Positions 38,380 through 48,331 of a stretch of 64,000 nt of DNA are shown here, piece by piece. Made by a program: the position numbers and the translations under genes. Source of the DNA: Gemmatimonadota bacterium (GTDB taxonomy: Bacteria > JBHIER01 > G020348925); NCBI GenBank assembly GCA_020348925.1, contig CP070758.1, forward strand, positions 310,001 through 374,000. Direction: 5' to 3'. The notes under the pieces were generated by a model. That model did no database searches, was not told where the DNA came from, and saw only the letters and a list, made by a program, of their open reading frames with translations. How positions within the stretch are numbered: position 1 is the stretch's first letter; each line of letters begins with the position of its first letter.

Positions 38380-41358
38380 CTACTTGAGGAACATCATCTT
38401 TTTCTTCGCGGTGAATTCTCCGGCCTGCAAGCGATAAAAGTAGACTCCGCTGGAGACGTCGTCTCCTTCCTCGTCCATTCCGTCCCAGGTTACAGTATGG
38501 TAGCCGGGCTCTTTGACACCGTCCACCAATGTCCTCACCCTCTGCCCGAGAAGGTTGTAAACATTCAGGGTGACGTGGGAGGGGGATTGATCACTGACCA
38601 CTGAATACTCGATAGTGGTTGTCGGATTGAAGGGATTGGGATAATTCTGAGCGAGACCGAACGCAACCGGAGCCGTTGAATCCTCCTTGAGCAGAGCCAT
38701 AAACTTGGCGAAGTGTTCATCTGAGAAGTGAGGTTTCAGCGACTCGAGGTATTCCAGCACTTCGGGAGTAAGGGCTGCCCTTTGCGCACCGGGTTGGCAC
38801 ACCCCCATCCCCAAAACGACGTTCACAATACCGATGCCATCCACGATATCAATGCTCCCATTTCCAGTGCAATCGGCCCCCCAAATGTGAGAGGGGACGG
38901 GTTCGACAAGACCCAGGATGATATTGACAACTCGTATGACATCCAAAATATCCACACTCCCATCCTCCGTCGCATCTCCTCGAACCGGCACGATTCGAAG
39001 CCAATCGATAATGTTCTCCATGATATGTGCCCGTGTCTCCTCGGAGTCATGTACGGGATCGATGATAGATTCGAAACCAAAAGGTAAAAAGACCAGACGG
39101 TGCTCACCACTGTACTTAATTCCTGCCGCTCTCCCGGAAGGCTCGTACGTAAAGAGAGCGCTGGCTTCAGGCATGGGAGCGATAGCGTCCGGGGAGAGTT
39201 GAATATCAGCACATTCATCCCCGGCAATGGTCACAAAATTGATATTACCGCTGATGGGATCACCTCCAATGCCGTAGATGATACCCTCATCGCTGTTATC
39301 GGCCATCCATTCAGCGTGCAGATACTCATTTAAAAATGAGGAGGATTGGATTTCAGTGGCAACATTCTGGCCGGAGATAAAAAGCTTTCCACCGCCATCC
39401 AAAAATGCGGCCAAATGTGTCTGGTCCTCCATTGAGAGGGTCTGTTGTGTGAAGCCGGTGGACCAGATGACGATCTCATACGTCTCGAGCCAGTCTGAAT
39501 CGCATGGACCGGCGCTCTCGTAATCCCAATGGTCAAAGATCTGTTCAAGGCTGTCTAAGGCTGCCCGATAGTATCCTTCAACTTCATGTTTCGACTCATT
39601 CGCGGTGGTATCGTAATCGTCATCAACCAAAAGAATATCAGGCTGCCCGATAGTCACTCTCAAGGATAGCTGCGTTATTTCTCCTCCAACATCTGACCAA
39701 ATATCCAGGGTAAAGTAGGCGTAATGGACATCGGCCGCCTCATCCACAGAAAAAGAGAAAGGTGCGGCACTGTTGTCGCCTGACGAATCGAAAGGAATAT
39801 TACTGAAGGAGGTTTCGTCAACGAGAAAATGTATGCTCTGATCCAGCGTGGAGAGTTTTCCCGAAACGCTCGTTGCATCTGCCCCGTAGTTTAACACACT
39901 TATTACCACATCCACTGTTTCTCCCGGATCGGGTTTCCCGTTGTCGTTCCCATCCGCGTCAACAACCTGGGTATCGTCATAGATGAAGAGGGGGTTTTTG
40001 GTAAAGACCTCCAAGTCCGCTATCATAATCGACTGCGAATCGCTGATATTCATCACCGCCACTTGAGAGAGATCGCCACTGTTGATCCGCGAGTTCGGAT
40101 TTGTGAAGAGGCTGAACATTCGATTCCCCGATGAACCGGGATACGAATCGCCGTCATCACCGCGGCCATTTCCCCTGTCCATATCGTTGCAGCCATCGGC
40201 CGACTCCAGATCCACCAGTTTGTGGTCCTCGTCATCGTTCTGCGTCGTGACGGTGTTATCGACGTGCCAGATGAGCAAACCTGTATTATAGAGATTGACA
40301 TCAAACCCGACATTCTGGCGGTTTTCCACCAGAAAATATTCATCCCCAGGGGCACCTTCGGTCCACAATTTGTAGACTTCGGGAAACTCCTCGACCTGAG
40401 CTATCGGCTGCGCGGGAAGGTTATCCGTCACCACGATAGGAGTCACCCAGCCTAACCGCTCTTTTGACCAAGCGCAGAAATGGACAGGCAGCTCAGGCGA
40501 TTGGCCGTCGCCGCCCCAGCTCCCAGAGCCCATCATGGCCCAGTTGCCGACGCCTTCTGAGCTGTCGTCCCGGTCGTAGAGATCCGGCAGGCCGAGCACA
40601 TGACCGTACTCATGGCAGAAGACTCCGATAGTAATAAGACTCCCCTCCTCATCCTCCTCCGGCTCCATGGCGTATGAATATGCGCGCACTCCATCGTCGG
40701 TCACATAGCCATCGCCTGTTCCGTCTTCATTCTCCGGTATTCTCCATTTGTGCGACCAGATATCGAGGGAATCGCCTGTCTCCTCTCCGCCGGGTCCCGC
40801 GTGGACGATAAAGAGGGCGTCGACGAACCCATCGCCGTCCTCGTCGAACTGGGAAAAATCGACGAAGGGGTCGGCCGCCACGACCGCATCGTAGGCCAGC
40901 CTTCGCCGGTTCTGCGGCCACTCCCCACGGCCAAACCCATCACCGGCATAGTATTCATTGGTCTGGGGCAGTAAAATCCAATTCGTGACCACACCGCTGA
41001 TGAAGAACTGCCCGTAGGAGACCTCCTGATAATAGTCGTACATACTGCCCGTGGGGACAGCTCCTGTTGAATCGAATAACAGTGTCTCATACGCTGAGGG
41101 AGGATGCTGCCCCCTGTTCGCTCTGTTGTCTGTAAATTCAACCAGCAGGACGATGGCCTTCCTGCTGCCTGTCACCGGGGCCCTGAGAGGCTCGGGCTCA
41201 TCCACGCCGGCCTGCGAATGCCGCAGAAAAGCCCCTATCTTTCTGCTGGACTCATTCTTGCTGAGGAGTCCCGGTTTGGCCGAGACAGCCAAAAGCGAGT
41301 TGGTCGAAACAAAGACCAGAAAGAGTAAACACCAAACGATCCCTTTTGCCCTTCTCAT
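38380..41358 (-). CDS. M6-family (immune inhibitor A-like) metalloprotease with dockerin and FlgD-Ig/sorting-type C-terminal domain
   Basis: Signal peptide; LLVEF.D, YY.EVSYG, HAG.G.E, IGVFCHEYGHVLGLPDLYD, W.MM.SGSW, EYFLVENRQ; dockerin; QNYPNPFNP..SSGVYFYRL. Confidence 0.92.
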   Translation of the reverse strand: MRRAKGIVWCLLFLVFVSTNSLLAVSAKPGLLSKNESSRKIGAFLRHSQAGVDEPEPLRAPVTGSRKAIVLLVEFTDNRANRGQHPPSAYETLLFDSTGAVPTGSMYDYYQEVSYGQFFISGVVTNWILLPQTNEYYAGDGFGRGEWPQNRRRLAYDAVVAADPFVDFSQFDEDGDGFVDALFIVHAGPGGEETGDSLDIWSHKWRIPENEDGTGDGYVTDDGVRAYSYAMEPEEDEEGSLITIGVFCHEYGHVLGLPDLYDRDDSSEGVGNWAMMGSGSWGGDGQSPELPVHFCAWSKERLGWVTPIVVTDNLPAQPIAQVEEFPEVYKLWTEGAPGDEYFLVENRQNVGFDVNLYNTGLLIWHVDNTVTTQNDDEDHKLVDLESADGCNDMDRGNGRGDDGDSYPGSSGNRMFSLFTNPNSRINSGDLSQVAVMNISDSQSIMIADLEVFTKNPLFIYDDTQVVDADGNDNGKPDPGETVDVVISVLNYGADATSVSGKLSTLDQSIHFLVDETSFSNIPFDSSGDNSAAPFSFSVDEAADVHYAYFTLDIWSDVGGEITQLSLRVTIGQPDILLVDDDYDTTANESKHEVEGYYRAALDSLEQIFDHWDYESAGPCDSDWLETYEIVIWSTGFTQQTLSMEDQTHLAAFLDGGGKLFISGQNVATEIQSSSFLNEYLHAEWMADNSDEGIIYGIGGDPISGNINFVTIAGDECADIQLSPDAIAPMPEASALFTYEPSGRAAGIKYSGEHRLVFLPFGFESIIDPVHDSEETRAHIMENIIDWLRIVPVRGDATEDGSVDILDVIRVVNIILGLVEPVPSHIWGADCTGNGSIDIVDGIGIVNVVLGMGVCQPGAQRAALTPEVLEYLESLKPHFSDEHFAKFMALLKEDSTAPVAFGLAQNYPNPFNPTTTIEYSVVSDQSPSHVTLNVYNLLGQRVRTLVDGVKEPGYHTVTWDGMDEEGDDVSSGVYFYRLQAGEFTAKKKMMFLK

Positions 41359-41574
41359 GTTACTCCTCCCATTGTTGAAAGGTGGTAGCTTCCTTACGGA
41401 AGCCTTCGGGTCTCAAAGCAAAAAAGCTGCAGAGAAGATGTACTCTCATACTGCCGTGTAATATCAGTTGTTATTTTTCCGGTGTCAAGGTTTAAATGAG
41501 TATACTGGCGTATAATATAATAAAAAGGTTGGGTTCTCAAAAGCATATTGTTTGGAGCGTTAAGCTGTTCACTG

Positions 41575-42333
41575 TCATGTGAACTGAAATTGTTTCTGTG
41601 TGAATAAGGTGATGCAGGTGTCCACGACTTCAGGATCGTACAGAGCACCCTTTTTTTGGAAAATTTCCTCCAAAGCTTTGTCTAAACCGTGGGCGGGTCG
41701 ATAGGGGCGATGGGAGGACATGGCCTCAACAACATCGGCTACGGCCAGGATTCTCGCTTCCGCGAGAATGTCATCGCCTTTCAGTCCCTCGGGATAGCCG
41801 GAGCCGTCAATTCTTTCATGATGCTGTAATACAATTTGCGCGACCGGCCATGGGAAATTAATCTCCTTCAATATGTCGTAACCGGCCTGGGGGTGTCCCT
41901 TGATGAACCCCATTAAGATGTCATGGCCGGCTTGTGGATGCGTCCTCACGTGAATGACTTCGGTATCATTGAGGAGACCTGGCTTGTTCAGGATTTCGGC
42001 GGGTACCAAGATCTTGCCCAGATCATGGAGCGAACCGGCCACGTGGAGCCCCTCGATCTGGTCATCTGAGAGGTTCATCTCTACCGCAATGGCGCAGGCC
42101 AGTTGAGCCACACGCTCTTGATGGCCGGCCGTATAGGGATCCCTCATCTCAACCGTGATGGCCAGGGCGCTGACTGTCCCGTTTAACGTCCGTCGCACTT
42201 TTTGCAAGCTTTGCCTGAGTTCCTCTTCCGTCTGTCTGCGCCCGGATTCGGCCTTTTCGAAATCGGAGATTCTCTGGCGCATTACGGCCAGTTCGTTTAA
42301 AAGTTGTTCTTTCGTCTTATACCTGTTTTTCAT
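41575..42333 (-). CDS. HD-GYP phosphodiesterase with short coiled-coil N-terminus
   Basis: RDPYTAGHQ, LHDLGKI, HHERIDGSGYP, ADVVEAMSSHRPYRP; start ATG 42333 after GGAGG. Confidence 0.9.
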   Translation of the reverse strand: MKNRYKTKEQLLNELAVMRQRISDFEKAESGRRQTEEELRQSLQKVRRTLNGTVSALAITVEMRDPYTAGHQERVAQLACAIAVEMNLSDDQIEGLHVAGSLHDLGKILVPAEILNKPGLLNDTEVIHVRTHPQAGHDILMGFIKGHPQAGYDILKEINFPWPVAQIVLQHHERIDGSGYPEGLKGDDILAEARILAVADVVEAMSSHRPYRPAHGLDKALEEIFQKKGALYDPEVVDTCITLFTQKQFQFT

Positions 42334-42389
42334 ATCACGTCCTCCGGACATGTTGTGACAACCTTGAGTATTCGTTCATTGTTCCATCG

Positions 42390-43172
42390 TCATGAGAGGT
42401 TGAATTCAGCCACCAAGAAGGTGTGATCCGAAGGTTTTTCGGCCCTGCGCGCACCGATGTCGATCCAGGCACCGGTAGACTTCCTGGCCAGGGGTTCCGT
42501 CGCCCAGATGTGATCGACGCGCCAACCCAATCTTCGTTCGAGAGCACCACGGACCCGATAATCCCAGAACGTGTACTGGCCAGGCTCATTGGGATGATGC
42601 TTTCGAAAGATATCGACAAATCCCCATGCCCGAACCTGCTCCAGGGCCGTTCGCGCCTTCGGATGAAAGTCCACGTGATCTTTCAATCGTTTCGGATCGT
42701 GAACGTCGATGGGCTCAGGGGCAACATTGAAATCACCCATCCATAAGAGCGGTTTGCGGGGGGAGTAATGATTCTCAAAGAGCGCACGAAGGCGGGCCAG
42801 CCATTCTAATTTATACTGAAAGTGAGGTGAGTCCGGAGACCGTCCTTGCGGTGTGTAGGTGTTCACCACAGGGACACCTGCGACGACGGCCCGAATGAGG
42901 CGCGCCTCGTCCGGCTCAACCTTGTCCTCGAAGCCGCAGACGACGTGTCGAGGTTCCTCGCTGCTGATTAGAGCAACGCCGGCATGAGATTTCTGACCTT
43001 TGAATACGACATGGTAGCCTGCATCCGTAAGCGATGCCACTGGGAAATCCGCGTCCTGAACCTTCGTCTCTTGGAGGCAGAGGATGTCGGGTTTCTCCCT
43101 GAGAAGCCAGTCGAGCAACAATCCCAGGCGACTTCTGATAGAGTTTGTATTGTATGTTGCTACTTTCAGCAT
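42390..43172 (-). CDS. xth: Exodeoxyribonuclease III
   Basis: TYNTNSIR, LCLQETK, GDFNVAP, YTFWDYR, GWRVDH, PSDH. Confidence 0.92.
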   Translation of the reverse strand: MLKVATYNTNSIRSRLGLLLDWLLREKPDILCLQETKVQDADFPVASLTDAGYHVVFKGQKSHAGVALISSEEPRHVVCGFEDKVEPDEARLIRAVVAGVPVVNTYTPQGRSPDSPHFQYKLEWLARLRALFENHYSPRKPLLWMGDFNVAPEPIDVHDPKRLKDHVDFHPKARTALEQVRAWGFVDIFRKHHPNEPGQYTFWDYRVRGALERRLGWRVDHIWATEPLARKSTGAWIDIGARRAEKPSDHTFLVAEFNLS

Positions 43173-43603
43173 GTTGTCCGTTATCACTCTTCTTTTTTAA
43201 CCTGATGCTCAGGACTGCAATTTAGTAACTTGGATTGCCAAATCCAACACATAAACTTGTTATCATTGATGGATACAGTTTCTGCGATTGATCCAGGACA
43301 GGTCCCACAACTCCGCTGCGCTCCGAATGATAGATTCTGTCAGTTCAGCCGGAGTGGAGGAATCTGTTTGCGGCACCGGCCCTGTAACATCATGGCTTCA
43401 GTTGGAATAGCATTTTGAGATCGCCCTGGGATTCCCATCCCATGGCGCAATTCAATGGGGCCTCTGCCACACATGAATTATGGATCATGAAGCTCACGGA
43501 TTACGCTCCTCGGGTAAGATACCCGAGGTGATCAGAAACATTTCACCACATCTCCTGTCTTATTGAACTGAACACGGTGGTCGAAGGCTTTGAAACTTGC
43601 ACC

Positions 43604-43632
43604 TTGACAATTCTATTGAAAAAAAGTAATAT
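43604..43632 (+). promoter_or_regulatory. Sigma70-type promoter of the His-rich transporter genes
   Basis: TTGACA-N17-TAATAT. Confidence 0.55.
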
Positions 43633-43653
43633 ATAGGGTCCAGGGGTGACACT

Positions 43654-44364
43654 ATGAATGAAACGACACTATTGATTTTAATTGGATCGGCAGTTTCCAT
43701 CGGGTTCGTGCACACCATCATCGGCCCCGACCATTATCTTCCCTTCATACTACTGGCGAAGGCGCGCTCGTGGCGATTGGGCAGGATCCTGTGGATCACC
43801 TTCGGTTGCGGCGTGGGTCACGTCTTGAGCTCAGTGGTCATCGGTGCCGCTGGCATTGCAGTGGGTGTTGCTGTGGGGCGACTTGAAATTATCGAGGGGG
43901 TGAGAGGCAGCCTGGCCTCCTGGCTTCTCATTGGCTTCGGATTGGTCTACGGCGTGTGGGGACTTCGCCGTGGGCTCAAGGGGCGAAAACACGCCCATCC
44001 CCATGTTCATACGGACGGATCGATGCACAGTCACTCCCATTCGCATCTGGGCGACCACAGTCATGTTCACGAGGAAAAGGGAACGGTGACGCCCTGGGTT
44101 CTGTTCATCATCTTTGTCCTGGGACCCTGCGAGCCACTGATCCCGCTTCTCATGTATCCGGCCGCCCAGGGGAGCTGGTTGAGTGTGGGCTTGGTGACGC
44201 TCACTTTTGGACTGGTCACCGTTGGTACGATGATGACGGTTGTCGGGCTCAGTACCTATGGTCTCCTGCACCTGCGTCTGGGATATATGGAGCAATACGT
44301 TCATGCCATTGCCGGCGGTATTATTGTCCTGTCCGGATTGTCGATCAAGTTTTTAGGACTTTGA
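43654..44364 (+). CDS. His-rich Ni/Co-transporter-like membrane protein (UreH/NicO-related)
   Basis: HTIIGPDHYLPF, CGVGHV, His-rich loop HAHPHVHTDGSMHSHSHSH, LGPCEPLIP. Confidence 0.75.
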   Translation: MNETTLLILIGSAVSIGFVHTIIGPDHYLPFILLAKARSWRLGRILWITFGCGVGHVLSSVVIGAAGIAVGVAVGRLEIIEGVRGSLASWLLIGFGLVYGVWGLRRGLKGRKHAHPHVHTDGSMHSHSHSHLGDHSHVHEEKGTVTPWVLFIIFVLGPCEPLIPLLMYPAAQGSWLSVGLVTLTFGLVTVGTMMTVVGLSTYGLLHLRLGYMEQYVHAIAGGIIVLSGLSIKFLGL

Positions 44365-44404
44365 GGCAAGAAAAAACGCCTCTCGCTTCAAAGAGGCAGA
44401 TCCC

Positions 44405-45046
44405 ATGAGACCGAAAGAAATCGGCAAAGAGTTCAGCCATCATTTTCCCTTTACGGTTTTCAGTACGGCCTTGGGATTGGTTGTCGTCGTCTTCCTGACC
44501 GTGTTACTGAAAGCACGAGACGCCCAGGGTTCTCCCGTATACTTCCGACAGCTCTTTCACCTCTTTCATCCGCTGCACATTCTCATGAGCGCGATCGCTA
44601 CAACGGCCATGATGTGGCGGTTCGACCGGAAGGTAGTCAAAGCAGTCCTCGTCGGCCTCGTCGGATCCTTGGGCATCTGCGGCCTCAGTGATATTTTTCT
44701 TCCCTGGCTGGGAGGATTGCTTATTGGCAGTCACATGCATCTGCATGTGTGTATTATCGAACACCCGCACGTTGTCGTTCCTTTTGCCCTCCTGGGTATT
44801 GTAACCGGGTTTCTTGTTGCAGACAGGTTCCCCGATCGAACCTCGACCATCTTCTCCCATTCCAGCCACGTCCTCACCAGTACGATGGCCTCTCTCTTCT
44901 ATTTTGTCTCCTTCGGCTTTCTCTTGAGTGCGGAGAACGCTTTCGTGCTTTTCATCCTCGTGCTCTTGGCCGTCATCATCCCCTGCTGCACGAGCGATAT
45001 TTTCTTCCCGCTCTTAACCGTGCGGGCGAAAGATCATCACCACTGA
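44405..45046 (+). CDS. His/Cys-containing membrane protein, possibly metal-related
   Basis: About six TMs; HHFPFT, FHLFHPLH, HMHLHVC, SHSSHV, PCCTSDI. Confidence 0.65.
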   Translation: MRPKEIGKEFSHHFPFTVFSTALGLVVVVFLTVLLKARDAQGSPVYFRQLFHLFHPLHILMSAIATTAMMWRFDRKVVKAVLVGLVGSLGICGLSDIFLPWLGGLLIGSHMHLHVCIIEHPHVVVPFALLGIVTGFLVADRFPDRTSTIFSHSSHVLTSTMASLFYFVSFGFLLSAENAFVLFILVLLAVIIPCCTSDIFFPLLTVRAKDHHH

Positions 45047-45197
45047 GGGACGATACCCCTACTTCACCGTAAAAACAACTTTCCCAGCGCCAAATTTCCG
45101 ACATCATCAATAGCCCTGATACAACAGGTATAACATGGGTCATCCCGTGACATTGGACATTTTCAATGGAAATCCATAAATTGTCGAAGGATAGATG

Positions 45198-45844
45198 ATG
45201 GCCAGACCATTGCGACTCGACTATGAAGGAGCTTTTTACCATGTAACCTCTCGTGGTACTGAACACAAACGGATTTTTTACGCCCGATCCGACTACGGGA
45301 AATTCAAAGATTACTTACGATGTGCGCAGGAGCAATCAGGAGCAATTTAGATACATACTTCATTGCCATATATTCATGACCGATCATTACAACTGCGTAT
45401 TGAAATGCCAAGATCCAATTTACGTCGTGTTACGCACCGTATCAACGGATCTCATAAGAACTATTTGAAAAAAACGTGGGAAGGTCGGGCATTTTTACAG
45501 CAGGATAAAAAGGAGCATTTCAAAAAGAGGATGTCTCTGGCCGGAGAAAGTCGCAGACAGCTCTTGGATTTGATGATGTGATTACTGCTCTTTGTATCGA
45601 TTTCAATATGACCCGTGGGGCGTTGTTTTCCCCCAAGAGGGGTCAGAGGAGCATAGCCATTTATTTATTGAAAATGTATTCTGGGTTGACCAACAGGCAA
45701 TGAGGACAGTTATTTGGTAGTGTTACCTGTTCTGCTGTAGCCAAGATTTTCCAGAAATTTTTCGATAGATTGGACAAGGACAAACGCTTGAAGAGACAGG
45801 TTCAACGGATCACGAAAAAATGTCACATGTTAAGGGCTGACCCC
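45198..45844 (+). pseudogene. Decayed REP-associated tyrosine (Y1/RAYT-like) transposase
   Basis: MARPLRLDYEGAFYHVTSRG..IF, frameshift from a 10-bp tandem duplication CAGGAGCAAT (45327-45346), then LHCHIFMTDHY and IEMPRSNL..INGSH; ends AAGGGCTGACCCC. Confidence 0.8.
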
Positions 45845-45964
45845 TTTGCCGTTCCTGCGATTGTGTCTCCAAAAGTGTTGTTTACCGTTTGAAAACATCT
45901 CTTTCAGGGCCCATATCCTATGAGTATCAGTAAGTTTGCTTGGTCCGACTTCAACCCAATGAAA

Positions 45965-46729
45965 TCAATACAGACCCTGACCGCCGTTGACGTGTATCGT
46001 CTCGCCGGTGATGAAGGACGCTTTTGGTGAGACCAGAAACAGTGTCGCGTGAGCGATGTCCTCGGGTTGACCGATGCGTCCCACAGGTATGGGTGCAACT
46101 CGCCTTTTTCGATCCTCCTCAGTCTTTATGTCCAGCATATCCGTCTCAACAGATCCCGGAGATATGGCATTCACCGTGATACCGAAGGAGGCCACCTCGA
46201 GGGCCACGGCCTTGGTGAAGCCGATAAGGCCCGCTTTCGTCGCTGCGTAGTGACATTCGACCTTTGTGCCGGCGAAACCGCTGAGGGACGACATGTTCAC
46301 TATCCTGCCCCAACCCCTTTTCTTCATATATGGCAGGACCCCTTTGGTCAACAGGAAAGCGCTGTCGAGATCGACATTGACCACCCTGTCCCAATCCTCA
46401 AAGGTCAACTTGTCGATCGTCAAGTGCTGATGGATACCGGCATTGTTGATTAAAATATCGACACCGCCGTAGTGTGACGCAACAAAACTCAAGATCGATT
46501 CCACCTGTTCACCCTCGGAGACATCGGCACCGAAGGAAACCGCTTCACCGCCACTTTCAGTGATCTGTCGCACTACCTGCTCGGCCTGCTCCTTGTGCTC
46601 GAAGTAATTGACAATCACCTTCGCCCCGGCCCCACCCAGGGCCAGGGCAATTCCTGCCCCAATTCCTCTCGATCCTCCCGTTACCAGAGCAACTTTGCCT
46701 GAAAGCTCTTTCTCATTCTCCTTTCGCAT
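45965..46729 (-). CDS. FabG-like short-chain dehydrogenase/reductase
   Basis: TGGSRGIG, NNAG, YAATK, VNAISPG, GETIHVNGG. Confidence 0.92.
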   Translation of the reverse strand: MRKENEKELSGKVALVTGGSRGIGAGIALALGGAGAKVIVNYFEHKEQAEQVVRQITESGGEAVSFGADVSEGEQVESILSFVASHYGGVDILINNAGIHQHLTIDKLTFEDWDRVVNVDLDSAFLLTKGVLPYMKKRGWGRIVNMSSLSGFAGTKVECHYAATKAGLIGFTKAVALEVASFGITVNAISPGSVETDMLDIKTEEDRKRRVAPIPVGRIGQPEDIAHATLFLVSPKASFITGETIHVNGGQGLY

Positions 46730-46759
46730 AGTTCATCCCTTTAGAAAATACCGACTCCG

Positions 46760-48331
46760 TCAGGCTACATTCCCTTTCATATCAGACCTGCTGGTACACG
46801 ATCCTGCCCTACGGAGCGTACCTTTTAAAAAATCCAGTGCCTCCTGTCTGCTCTCTATTCGTCCGGCCAATTGCTCTTCCCTCAACACATCCAAGAGCTC
46901 ACCAATACGCGGTCCTGGCTTGAGATGAAACGCCTCCATAATCTCGTGGCCGCTCAGGATTGGCTGAAAGATCTGCCGCTCATCTCGAATCTTCCTTAAC
47001 TGTTCCACTCGATCCAGCAACTTGAAATAATTTGATACCGTCGGTTTCCCCTCCGGAGAGATTGTGGCCATTCCATCCGAAAATATGAGTTTTAGAAGCC
47101 GTTGCCCCTGTCCTTCATCTTTCAAAAAGTACTTTTCTATCGTGCTGTTCTTCATGTGCTCAAGATCGCTGCGTATGCCGAGCAGGTGGTTCTTCACAAG
47201 CCACCAGACATTATCAGGATCGACATGAAGGGGTTCCTCACTCGGAGGGCTCGAGAGTTTCAGCCTCGTGCACACCGTCCTGGCCAGCCCGGCCCCGACG
47301 GCATCGTGTTTGTCGAATCGAATGCGATCGACGCCATCCTTCTCAGGCGTTTTTTTCGTAGAGGGTTTCCCGATATCATGAAACAGGACGGCCATGACCA
47401 GCTCCGCGTCGACCGACTCAGCGCCGAATTGCTTTTGAAATTCATCGGATGTCAGGCTCTCTAAAGCCATCCGGGTATGAGACCAGACATCGCCCTCGGC
47501 ATGATACATCTCCGGCTGGGGACACCCTTTCATCTCCAGTACTTCCGGCATCAAGTGCTCAAAGCCCCCGCTTTGATCGAACAGATCGAAGCTTCGGAGC
47601 GGATCGGAGACAAAGGCTTTAAGGAGTTCTTTGGCTATCACTTCAAAAGGGACGAGGCGTTCTTCGGGGCGATTCCCTCGATATTCGTTGATAGAGCGCA
47701 TGCGGTCTTTGACAGCATCCCACGTCTGCGGATCGATGTCAAAACCGAGCTGACATGAGAATCGAATGGCCCGGAGAAGACGCGAGTAATCCTCACAGAA
47801 ACGCTCGTGAGGACTCCCGACGGTCCGAAGCCGTTTCTTCTCAATGTCCTCAAGGCCATCGAACGGATCGATCAATCGGGACGCCTTCCAGTCCCAGGCC
47901 ATGGCGTTTACGGTGAAATCGCGCCGGCCGAGGTCCTCCTCAATGGGCAGGTCCGCGTCACTTTGAATTCTAAAATCGCGATACCCCCCTGGCACTAGGG
48001 AATGTTCTTTCCGGGGAAGTGCCACATCAATTTGATTCCTGGGGTCAGTACCTTCCGGCGAAAATTTGAAGATACCGAAGGTCTTTCCCACCAAACTCAC
48101 CGTTCCTCGGGATGTTAAAAAAGATCTCAAGCGATTGAGGGGCACGCCACCGATGACGACGTCGAGGTCCTTGGACTCCACCCTTCCTAAGGCGGCATCT
48201 CGGACCATCCCGCCCACCAAATATACCTCGCTCTCAGGGAATTCTCCAACCAGTTCCTTGATGAAAGCCCCCGCCGGTTCTTGGCTCACCATCTCCTGAA
48301 GTCGAGCCAGATTTTCCTGTGTAGAATTCAT
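46760..48331 (-). CDS. Class II tRNA nucleotidyltransferase (CCA-adding-like) with HD domain
   Basis: LVGGMVRD, DLD, RRDFTVNAMA, EDYSRLLRAIRF, H.EGDVW.HT, FHDIGKP. Confidence 0.88.
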   Translation of the reverse strand: MNSTQENLARLQEMVSQEPAGAFIKELVGEFPESEVYLVGGMVRDAALGRVESKDLDVVIGGVPLNRLRSFLTSRGTVSLVGKTFGIFKFSPEGTDPRNQIDVALPRKEHSLVPGGYRDFRIQSDADLPIEEDLGRRDFTVNAMAWDWKASRLIDPFDGLEDIEKKRLRTVGSPHERFCEDYSRLLRAIRFSCQLGFDIDPQTWDAVKDRMRSINEYRGNRPEERLVPFEVIAKELLKAFVSDPLRSFDLFDQSGGFEHLMPEVLEMKGCPQPEMYHAEGDVWSHTRMALESLTSDEFQKQFGAESVDAELVMAVLFHDIGKPSTKKTPEKDGVDRIRFDKHDAVGAGLARTVCTRLKLSSPPSEEPLHVDPDNVWWLVKNHLLGIRSDLEHMKNSTIEKYFLKDEGQGQRLLKLIFSDGMATISPEGKPTVSNYFKLLDRVEQLRKIRDERQIFQPILSGHEIMEAFHLKPGPRIGELLDVLREEQLAGRIESRQEALDFLKGTLRRAGSCTSRSDMKGNVA

